From positions 26,970,001 to 27,034,000 of the forward strand of contig CATNEN010000038.1 in assembly GCA_950097015.1 (NCBI GenBank): a stretch of DNA of 64,000 nucleotides. Reading direction: 5' to 3'. Made by a program: the position numbers and the translations under genes. Below, piece by piece: positions 34,001 to 46,000 of the stretch (its first letter is position 1; each line of letters begins with the position of its first letter). The DNA comes from Macrostomum hystrix. Taxonomy: Eukaryota > Animalia > Platyhelminthes. Below the pieces are notes generated by a model, which made no database searches, had not been told where the DNA came from, and saw nothing but the letters and a program-made list of their open reading frames with translations.

Positions 34001-37000
34001 GATTAAAACGCAATTAAAAAAAACAATCATCGTTTTAAAAACTTGTTGGAAAAAAAAATAATTAGCAGTTAGTTGCAATATTGTTGATTAAAAGCACGCG
34101 TTGTTAATTTTAGTATCAATTTTTTTATTTTGTTAATTTGTTAATTTAATAATTTTGGATGTCTCTTGTCAACTCTTTGAACACTAATATAAAAACGAGC
34201 TCCTATCATATAGTAACGAAGCCGATTTTGTATTGCCATAGCCTACCAGTGTTGAGCGAAGTGGCAGAGCGAAAGCTCTCCGAGCCGTCCAGTTTAGAAG
34301 ATCTGCCATCGTCTGATGATTAAAATAATTTTGTTTAAAGCAAAAAAATAATTAAATTAATTATTAAGCGCAGATGTTAAAAATTAGAGGTGTCAAATAA
34401 ATGTTAAATAGGTGAGGAATAACCGAATATATAATTTTAATTAATTAGTTCGAAAGGCATACTACTTAACCTTAATATGTGAGTAGTACTAAGCGATGTG
34501 TTATCATTATTTATATATTATTTACTAAGGAACCAGCCATTATTATAGTTTTTAGATTTTTTTGTTAACAAGTATTTACAATATTCATAGGTTTGTAGAT
34601 TAAACTAAATAAATATAATAATTTCGGAGCCCATTCTACCACCTTATACGGTATAATAACAAAGGTTAAATACCTAGCTTAGTGGTGGTGTACAGCATCT
34701 CATCTTCCAGATAGTCAATGCTAGTCGTGTACTTATTGTAAGAGTCGGATCGCATCAGGGTATTGGCGTTGGCGTGTCGTTCGTCGAAGACAGAGTCGGC
34801 GCTCTCGGAGCCGTGCGACCTGATTGTGTCGGTGCCACCGGCAGAATGCGGCGGTCGGCGAAGCTTGGGTGTCACGCCTTGTTTTTTTTAAATTGGCGTT
34901 TAATTGAAGGTAAAACAACAGTTAATAAAAAATTTGTTTGTTTCGTAAGTTAGCAGTTTTTTAAAAGCAGCATAAACAAGCAAGCATATTGTGCGCGAAA
35001 CAGAAAATGACTAGCTTATAGGAATGGGAAAAACAAATGTTGCAAGCTAAAAATAAGAAAAAAGCACAACAAAAGCGTGACCTTGCTGGCTTGCTATCAC
35101 ATTAAGTGGGTATGAATATTTCGAAACATATCGGCAAGTTTCAATCGGACCCTGTAAAGGCAACTAATGACTATAGTCTGTCTTAATATCTTTCTAAATG
35201 ACCCTAATTATGATGGACCCAAAGGTTAGGTTAGCAAAATTATGACAGTATTAACTAATCGTATATATTGACAGTAGTAAGACCTGTTTCTGTATCTCCT
35301 AAAATATCCCTGTAAAAAATTCGGCTGCTTCTTCGGCGGGTTTTTTGTGCAAAATAGGAGTGGAATCTAACAAAATCCCCCCTATCTCGCAAGAGTTAAA
35401 GAAACCACCCAGGAAGCAGCCGATGTAACGGTAAATTGTGCGGAAACCGCCGAAGAATCACCCGAACCAGTGGCCCATGGGACAACCAGAGAATTATTCC
35501 TCGGCGGTTTCTGAGCATGGAATCTTCCGAACTGGAGGACTCTTTGGGTGATTCCATTTCGCCACCAAGAAGCACCGAGAAAACGCCCAGTTGGGTAGAT
35601 TCTAAGCATGGAATCATCCGATTGGTATGTTTCCAGCGTTCGGCTGTTTATTTTTCTGGAAACACCGCAGATTCCAACTGGAATCACCCAAATAAACATC
35701 CCTATTTTTTAGCGGGATTCAACCAATCGCCCTTCAAATTCAGAATAGGGGCTAGCTAAAATTTTCCGCTGTATCCGATGAAAGAACTTTCAGAATCACA
35801 AAGCATCGGCATCGTCGAGATGTTCAACGATTCTCGTCTGGGTGTCTGGCGGCAAAAATCACCAATATAGACATTATTTTTCTGCACACGTCATGTCATC
35901 ATTTTACCATGTCGGCTATGGTTGTTGACCTTTTTGGATTTATTACTACTTGCCGATGAGGTTTATGCAGAGCAATGTTAATTGTCCTCGTCACCAGGAT
36001 CTTTGACAACAATCGCTGAATATTTCGACGACGCCGACTCGGACGGCTTTGAAAGTTAGTTAATCGCAAATGGCGGAAAATTTTGATTCAGTTCGTGAAA
36101 TTTCACGAAAATTGGTCATTCGATTTTGGGAGCTATCGTGAAGTAGGCAGTGGGTATTTGAAATACCACTGTGGTCTTTGTCCAGGGGGATAATAGCATG
36201 GTCTTTGTACTATAAACAATGCCTGATTAAATCCCGTCATTAAAAGTTAAGCTCCCTCCAGTAAAATATGACATTTGATAATGAGAAAGCGAATGGAGAT
36301 ATGTATAGCAATCGATTACAACAGCACAAATAATAAGTTCTAAGAAAGAGTGAAATAATTATTATTATGTTGTCAAGATACCGGCTAACTGGTGAAGGTT
36401 CATAACAATTTTTTACTAAGTTATAGATAAAAAACTATCTATAAGGGAGCAACTATATTCTTTGATTCCATTCCAGAAGAAATAAACTAAAAACCAAAAT
36501 ATAGACAACTTCTAGGCCACAAGATAAGGAAACAGAAATACCACCACTCAACTACTAACAGCAGGAAAGTAAACTAAATGACCAAAATGAGTGAAGTTTC
36601 CGAAATAATAAGTAAGTAGCTTATTGCTAATTTTTCATAGAAAATAAAAACTATTCATATTGTTTTGCTGCTTTGCAATCTGCTGGCATATTTCAGATGC
36701 CCTACCAGATTTGACTCCACTCGAGCTGATGATTCTATATATCTTGCGATTGCCTGTAAAGCCATTTTAAATAGGCACAAGATGTACTGAAATATTGCTT
36801 TTTTAGTAAATTTTATAAGGCTCCCCTGAGAGCCACAGACAATGGAGTTTGAACAAAAAAACTTTTGTAAAAAAATTGTTTGTAGACTGCTACTAATAGT
36901 AGTGATAAATATTTTATCGCGCGAATCTAAAAAATATCTTAAAACAAAAAACAAAAGGAACAATACAGTAGGGATAACAACACACAGCAAGGAAATCTAG

Positions 37001-40000
37001 CATTCTTTCTAATATTAACTAACTGCTTTCTCATGCTAGTAGAAAACACAGGCATGAATATTAAATAAAATGAAGCTCAAGTCTAGACAATGTAACAAAA
37101 AACACACACTAACACATGCGGGTCTAAGGACCATAGTAAATAATTAGTACTAATATTCTATAACTACTACTAATGGGTAGACACCAACATAAATACAGGA
37201 AAGTGGGAGATTCATCAGTTTTAACCTATTTTATGTTTCAACAAAGCGTTTTCTTTCTTTCTTTTGTCCATATTTAAACAACTTTTTCAAAGAAATCTAC
37301 AGCGTAAATAAGAGTTAATCTGAAAACAATAGAAAGTCATTCAACTTCATTTGAATATGGTAAGAATATACAAAATTAAAAAATCACGCAAAAAACGATC
37401 AGCACTCTTATCATACTACTAGGTAAGTAGAGCACATGGAGACTTTATTATATTTAAAGACACAAAAACTATTTTTTACATATAAATCATTGAATAAAAG
37501 CATTTTTACAAATCTGTTTCACTTACCTCCGTCATCGTCTGACTCGGACATGTGATGCTCGGCAATTGTGTCCGGCTTGCTAATCTCGATTGTCTCCTCT
37601 AGGATAATCTCCTCTTCCCAGTTCTCAATTATGGTGGTAACCTGGCGCAGCACCTCGAAGATGTTAATGTAGTTCTGCTTCTTGGCGATGTGGGCCGGAG
37701 TCCAGTTGCGCTGTTAGGGTAAAGTGTTTTGTTTAAATTAGCATTTTGTTTAGGCGCTTAGAGAATAATTAACTGACTCAAAATGTGATTCTTTAATTTT
37801 AGTATTCCAATCGCAAGCAACCCTTTTTTAACAAGATCGAGAAATATTTGGATTTTTGACCAGAATTCTTAGAAACGCAAAAAAGATCACGTGACCTGAA
37901 TTCTTAGAAAAGAATGATAAAGATCATGTGACATGAATTCTTAGAAACTAAAAATAAAGATAATTTGTCTCGAAATCTTAGCTACAAAAATATCAAGTGA
38001 CTTATTTAGGAAAAAATAACAAAGAACTACAGATGACGTGACTTTATTTCTTAGAAAAATGAAATAATGGATCAATCGACATGAATTCTTATAGAAACGA
38101 AAAAAGGAAGATCATGTGACCTGATTTCTTAGAAAAAGAGAAATAAAGATCGCGTGATCTTAATTTGTAAGAAAAGTAAATATATATATATTATGTGACC
38201 TGAATTCGTTGCTACGAAAAATTCAAGTGACTTAGATAAGAAAAAAATACAAAAAACTACAGATCACGTGACTTTAATTCATAGAAAAATGAAAAAAATC
38301 AAGTGGCATAAATTATTATAGAAAAATAGAAAAAAAACTTAAGATCACGTGACCTGAATAGTAGTAAACGAAAATAAGTTTAGATCACGTGACTTAAAGT
38401 TTTAAATAAAATAGGTCTCGGGAAAATTCATTAAGCCAAATCATATTAAAAAACATATTCAAAGATTACATGATTAATTGAAATATAAATTTCTACCCAG
38501 CAACCTAAGCGATGGCTACTCGCTATCGTAGTCACTAGACCAACCAACGAAGCCATTTAAGGCAGCCAATTTGCAAAGAAGCTAAGATTTTTAGTCCACA
38601 AAATCTGCATGCCTCTCCTTTTAATAGCGAAAATTACTGTGTGTCTGCAACTGATTTGCTTTCGGATGATGAACAGGGGAAAACTAAGAAGAGACCTGGA
38701 ACGGACAGTTACTGAAGCTAGAAATCTTACTGCCCACAGATTTACTTCAGCTAATGCTGGTACACATTTAACAGCTGGGTGAACTGAAGCAATGCAGAGT
38801 AAAGTGTCCTTCTAGAGGACAGAAATTTTTCCAGTCCAGTCGGGAATCGAAACCCCGACCTTTAAATGAAGGTGAAAAACTGCCACGATGAGAAAATAAC
38901 GGGGAAATAAGGATAAGTAGATTTACTCACCGCATTGCGCATGTTGGCATCAGCTCCGGCTTCCAACAGCAGGTAGACAACCTGCAGATGGCCCTGCTGT
39001 GAGGCCACGTGCAAAGGAGTGAACCTCTGCTGAGTCAGGGCATTGACCCCGGCACCGTTGCGCAATAGGAATCTGATCATGTTGACCTGGTTGAAGAAGC
39101 AGGCAGTGTGCAGCGGTGTATAGCCGGCCTTGGTCTGCGGATCAATCTGGCCGCCGTGTTGAACAACCAGCACCTCGGCTGATGGCACTCGGTCCTCCTG
39201 GGCCGCCAGGTGTAACGGCGTGATGCCATTGTGCGAAGCCTGATCAACGGCCGCGCCGCTAACTAGCAGGGCGGCGCACATCTCGGCGTGGCCCTCCTGA
39301 GCGGCCAGATGCAACGGGGCGAAGCCGCTCTTGGATTCGGCGCGAGTGTTGGCACTGCCGGCAATGAGTTGACGGGCCAAATCCAGGTGATTCTTTCTAG
39401 CAGCGATGTGCAACGGTGTGTAGCCATTGCTAGCCACGCAATTAGCGTTAGCTTTGTTGTCTAGCAGAGCGGCGGAAACTGCTGTGCGATTGTAGTGAGC
39501 GGCCAGGTGCAATGGTGTCAGGCCGTTGCGACCGCGAGCGTTAGCGTCGGCGCCCTTGGATAGCAACAGCTTAGCAACGTTGATCTTGTCGTATTTGGCG
39601 GCGTTGTGCAATGGAGTGGCGCCCTTCTTAGTGGCCAATTGTAGGCTGGCCTTGTGCTCCAGAAGTACAGCGGCCACCTGCGGTGGGGAGATGAAGTGGC
39701 GGGAATGCTAAACTTTGATTGGCTGTGTAAGGTCGTTTTTAATGCTTGACATATCAGATAAGAAAAATAAATTACACAAATGAGTAGTCACCTGGATTTC
39801 GATTGGTTTGGAAAGATTAGATTAAAAAGTTTACCCCTCAATAATTTTTTATTGGCTAGGGTGAAGAATTCTTTCCTTAACCACTAAAATAATTCTGATT
39901 GGTTGGCACAAAAATACTACCCCACCCTTAAAGGAATTCTAATTGGCTAAAAGATATGTAGAAATACTTTCCTTCCCCCTCAATAAATCCTGATTGGCTT

Positions 40001-43000
40001 AAAAGGTTAAATGAAATCTTTGCCTTCTGCTTTTTTGACTATTAGTAAAGTTTTTCCAAAATGAATTAAATTCCTAATTTATCTGCTGGGATAGCTTATA
40101 ATAATTATAATAATTTCAGGAGGGCTGTGGGCAATGGCATATCATTTGATGACACAGACCCGCAGCCAGTGAGGAGGCAATTCTGCACATTTCGCTGAGT
40201 CCTGAGCATACACGCACACAGATACTGTACGCAGGCACACGCTCATGACTTTCTCATCGTCAGGCAGTGTACACTTCACTGTGCCTTGGAGGTTGGCCCT
40301 AAAGAGCGTAAATTGCACGACAAGCCTCCAAGCCTTCTCTCCGCGGCTGCGCCCCCAAATGAATGTGGCCTCGCCGCGGAATCGAACTTACATTGGTGCG
40401 ATAGGCGAACGCGTTAACCGCTCTGCCATCGACCTTCTCTGTGACAAGCTTATAAAGATGCAAATAAAGATACAAATTTTTGTTAGCAACAATTTCTAAC
40501 AAAAGATTTCTATTCGCTAAAACACACCTCAACGTGGCCCTCCCTAGCGGCAACGTGAAGCGCAGTGTAATTATCCTTGCAGGTGGCATCAGGATTGGCG
40601 CCAGCATCCAATAGGACGCTGGCCATCTCGCTATTACCAAGCCGGCTGGCGATGTGCAACGGCGTCTGGTTGTCCTTGGCGCGGGCGTCCACCTGGGCAT
40701 TGCCTCGCAGTAGGACGCGAACCACTTCCACCTGCGAGTTGAGACATGCAGGCATAAAATTATGCGATTATGCGATAAATGATGTTACTTATTGCGACAA
40801 AAAAATGTACGCAAATCAAGAAGTTAGGCTTTACAGAATGTACAAAGTGATCTATGAGGACTAGGGATCTTAGGACGGATCTAGGCATAACATCTACATA
40901 TGTAGGGATCTAGGCGTCATATCTACCTATCTAAAGATCTAGGCATCCCATTTATCTATCTAGAGATTTAGGCATTATCTAGGGATCTAAGCATCTCATA
41001 TACTTATCTAGGGATCTTGGCATCCCATCTACCTATGTAGGGATCTTGGCATCCCATCTACTTATCTAGGGATCTTGGCATCTCATCGACCTATCTAGGG
41101 ATCTAGGCATCCCATCTACTTATCTAGGGATCTTGGCATCTCATCGACCTATCTAGGGATCGAGGCATCCCATCTACTTATCTAGGGATCTTGGCATCTC
41201 ATCGACCTATCTAGGGATCGAGGCATCCCATCTACTTATCTAGGGATCTTGGCATCTCATCGACCTATCTAGGGATCTAGGCATCCCATCTACTTATCTA
41301 GGGATCTAGGCATCCCATCGACCTATCTAGGGATCGAGGCATCCCATCTACCTATGTAGGTATCTTGGCATCCCATCTACCTATCTAGGGATCTAGGCAT
41401 CCCATCTACTTATCTAGGGATCTTGGCATCTCATCGACCTATCTAGGGATCGAGGCATCCCATCTACTTATCTAGGGATCTTGGCATCTCATCGACCTAT
41501 CTAGGGATCTAGGCATCCCATCTACTTATCTAGGGATCTTGGCATCCCATCTACCTATCTAGGGATCTTGGCATCCCATCTACCTATCTAGGGATCTTGG
41601 CATCCCATCTACCTATCTAGGGATCTAGGCATCCCATCTACTTATCTAGGGATCTAGGCATCCCATCTACTTATCTAGGGATCGAGGCATCCCATCTACT
41701 TATCTAGGGATCTAGGCATCCCATCTACTTATCTAGGGATCTAGGCATCCCATCTACCTATGTAGGTATCTTGGCATCCCATCTACCTATCTAGGGATCT
41801 AGGCATCCCATCTACTTATCTAGGGATCTTGGCATCTCATCGACCTATCTAGGGATCGAGGCATCCCATCTACTTATCTAGGGATCTAGGCATCCCATCG
41901 ACCTATCTAGGGATCTTGGCATCCCATCTACCTATGTAGGTATCTTGGCATCCCATCTACCTATCTAGGGATCTAGGCATCCCATCTACTTATCTAGGGA
42001 TCTTGGCATCCTATCTACCTATCTAGGGATCTAGGCATCCCATCTACTTATCTAGGGATCTTGGCATTTCATCGACCTATCTAGGGATCTAGGCATCCCA
42101 TCTACTTATCTAGGGATCTTGGCATCTCATCGACCTATCTAGGGATCTAGGCATCCCATCTACTTATCTAGGGATCTAGGCATCCCATCTACTTATCTAG
42201 GGATCTAGGCATCCTATCTACTTATCTAGGGATCTTGGCATCTCATCGACCTATCTAGGGATCGAGGCATCCCATCTACTTATCTAGGGATCTAGGCATC
42301 CCATCGACCTATCTAGGGATCTTGGCATCCCATCTACCTATGTAGGTATCTTGGCATCCCATCTACCTATCTAGGGATCTAGGCATCCCATCTACTTATC
42401 TAGGGATCTTGGCATCTCATCGACCTATCTAGGGATCGAGGCATCCCATCTACTTATCTAGGGATCTTGGCATCTCATCGACCTATCTAGGGATCTAGGC
42501 ATCCCATCTACTTATCTAGGGATCTTGGCATCTCATCGACCTATCTAGGGATCTAGGCATCCCATCTACTTATCTAGGGATCTTGGCATCTCATCGACCT
42601 ATCTAGGGATCTAGGCATCCCATCTACTTATCTAGGGATCTTGGCATCTCATCGACCTATCTAGGGATCTAGGCATCCCATCTACTTATCTAGGGATCTT
42701 GGCATCTCATCGACCTATCTAGGGATCTAGGCATTCCATCAACCCATATAGGGATCTTGGCATCAGTGGGTTTAGGAATCTAAGGATCTAGTTAAATAAA
42801 TGCATCTAGAAAACTAGGAACGATTTCCAGTAAACTGAAACAATAGATTAGCATAATAGTCACCTGGTTGCTTCTAACAGCCAGGTGTAGCGGTGTCTCG
42901 CTGCGCACAGTCGGGCTGTTAGGATTAGCGCCGTGCTGCATAAGTAAAACGGCCACATTGGTGTGGCCCATGAAGGCAGCCACATGCAGCGGTGTCAGGC

Positions 43001-46000
43001 CAGACTCGGTAGTAGCCTCAATGGCGCAGCTGTACTGCAGCAGCAGTTCGATGACCCGAATACGATTCTTCTTGCAGGCGATGTGCAACGGAGTGAAGCC
43101 GTTCAGAGCGCGCGCATTCACCATGCAGCGATGATCTAGGAGCAGCTTGGCCACTCGGGTGTAGCCGCAATGGGCGGCCACATGCAGCGGTGTCAGCAGG
43201 TCGACGGTGGTATCATCCAGATTGGCTCCACGAACTAGCAGCAGTCGGGCGCATTCAACATGATCTCCCTGGGTGGCCATGTGCAATGCGCTGAGACCGC
43301 TGCGAGACTTCATACCAAAGCTGGCTCCGCTAGACAATAGCTGTTCTACGACATTGTACTGGCCGGATCTGGAGGCGCAGTGCAGCGGTGTCAAGCCGTC
43401 CCTGGTCTTGCAGTCAACTTCGGCCGAGCTCTCGATGAGCTTCAGCACTACCGGCAGCATGCCCCATTTGGCGGCTACGTGCAACGGCGTGATGTTGTTG
43501 CGGGCCTGCGGTGGGATCAGGGAGAAATTGTTGTCATTTCTTGTCATTGTTGTCATCAGTTAAGCTACCCCTAGTCAGTCTTTATACCCCTAGACCCACA
43601 ATTAGTGGATTGATATTTAATCCTGAATCTGATGAATCTGCTAATTAGTGGATTGATATTAAATCCTGAATCTCCTAATTAGTGGATTGATATTTAATCC
43701 TGAATCTCCTAATTAGTGGATTGATATTTGATCCTAAATCTCTCCAAGCAGTGAGTGGATGATAAATCCCAAATCTCCCAAAGCAGTGGGTGGATGATAA
43801 ATCCCAAATCTCCAAAGCAGTGGGTGGATGATAAATCCCAAATCTCCCAAAGCAGTGGGTGGATGATAAATCCCAAATCTCCCAAAGCAGTGGGTGGATG
43901 ATAAATCCCAAATCTCCCAAAGCAGTGGGTGGATGATAAATCCCAAATCTCCCAAAGCAGTGGGTGGATGATAAATCCCAAATCTCCAAAGCAGTGGGTG
44001 GATGATAAATCCCAAATATCCCAAAGCAGTGGGCGGATGATAAATTCTGAATCTCCCAAAGCAGTGGGTGGATGATAATGTTTATTCTCTCAATCAATCC
44101 CAAATCTCGCAGCCAGCCTAGTAGACCGGCAGTCCATACTCACCTGAAAGTTAACATCGGCTCCCTTCTCAATGAGCAGAGCGGCCACGCTGGCGCTGCC
44201 GTAGTGGGCGGCGATGTGCAAGGCGGTGAAGCCGCTGCCAGCCTGCTGGTTGGGGTTGCTATCCGAGGTCAGCAGCAGAGTTGCCGAACGCAGGTCGTCC
44301 TTCTTGGCGGCCACGTGCAGCGCCGGCATGCGCGAACGACCGCGGCTGTCATTCTCCAGTAGGCAGGCAACAACTTTGTCGTGGCACTGCTGAAGAGCAA
44401 CGGCTAGAGGTGTGAAACCGTCGGTTGTAGCCAGAGTCTGGGAGGCGCCAGAGGCTAGGAGAAACTTGACGACCTGGAAATTAAATAAATAATTGTTAGA
44501 ATGAAAGACTCCGTATAATAACTCGACGGGCTTCTTTGTGTCATTAAATAATTATGGAGTCTTAGAGTAATAGTTGTTTTTGGGGCCATTTAGGGGTTTT
44601 AAGTGCCATTTAGGGGTTTCTTAGTGCCATTTAGGGGTTTCTTAGTGCCATTTAGGGGTTTCTTAGTGTCATTTAGGGGTTTATTAGTGCCATTTAGGGG
44701 TTTCTTAGTGTCATTTAGGGGTTTCTTAGTGCCAATTAGGGGTTTCTTAGTGCCATTTAGGGGTTTCTTAGTGCCATTTAGGGGTTTCTTAGTGCCATTT
44801 AGGGGTTTCTTAGTGTCATTTAGGGGTTTATTAGTGCCATTTAGGGGTTTCTTAGTGTCATTTAGGGTTTCTTAGTGTCATTTAGGGTTTCTTAGTGCCA
44901 TTTTGGGTTTCTTAGTGTCATTTAGGGTTTCTTAGTGCCATTTAGGGTTTCTTAGTGCCATTTAGGGTTTCTTAGTGCCATTTAGGGTTTCTTAGTGTCA
45001 TTTAGGGTTTCTTAGTGCCATTTAGGGGTTTCTTAGTGTCATTTAGGGTTTCTTAGTGTCATTTAGGGGTTTCTTAGTGCCTTTTAGGGGTTTCTTAGTG
45101 CCAATTAGGGTTTCTTAGTGTCATTTAGGGGTTTCTTAGTGCCATTTAGGGGTTTCTTAGTGCCATTTAGGGTTTCTTAGTGTCATTTAGGGGTTTCTTA
45201 GTGCCTTTTATGTTTTATGGCCATTTAGGGATTCCGAATAGTCATAAATGGATTTAATGGTGTCATTCCTAGAGTTATAATTGGATTGCTTCATTTTTAA
45301 GGGGTTTTTAATGGTTGCTTGTCATAAGATAAAGCTGACTAAAACATACCTCAAGGTGATTCTCCTGAGCGGCCATGTAGAGCGGAGTGAAGCCATTCTG
45401 AGACTGGCAATTCACTCTGGCTCCCTTCTCAACCAGCAGTTTGACAACATCCAACTGGCCAGCTAGTGAGGCGATGTGCAAAGCTGTGTTGCCCTTCTTG
45501 GTGCTGGCGTCCGGATCGGCGTTGCGCATCAGTAGTTCGCGAACTACAGCGGTGTGGCCCTCCTTAGCGGCCAGATGTAGAGCGTTGAGGCCATTCTACG
45601 AAATAGTGAATTCGGACAAAACTACAACTCAAAATGAGCTTTGTAAGCATCTGTTGTTGTCATACTCATAACGTAATGTTATAGGAAGTGCCCGCTAGAC
45701 CCGCAGCCAGCGAGGGAGACAATTCTGTCAAATTTCGCTGACTACTGAGCACACACACACACAGATACTGTACACAGTATTTCTCATCGTCAGACAGTGG
45801 CAACTCTCAATGTGCCTTGAAGGTTGGCCCTCAAGAGCATAAATTACACGACAAGCCCCTAAGCATTAGGCCGTATAAATAAAGTGAGCAATTGCTCAAA
45901 GTCTACGAGATTCTCAATTCAGTGAGCAAATGCTCAGCATGATTGTCTCAAGAGTTACTGTTCACCCCTCGAGCAATTGCTCTGTGACTGAGTAGAGACT

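Noticed and set aside
40185-40275. Hammerhead-like CUGACGA...GAAA in SINE family A (minus strand)
   Set aside because: I could not form consistent stems I-III across copies; an Infernal search with hammerhead models would settle it.
44583-45232. Interstitial telomere (TTAGGG/TTTAGGG in each unit)
   Set aside because: Only one hexamer per 20-21 bp unit, never in tandem.
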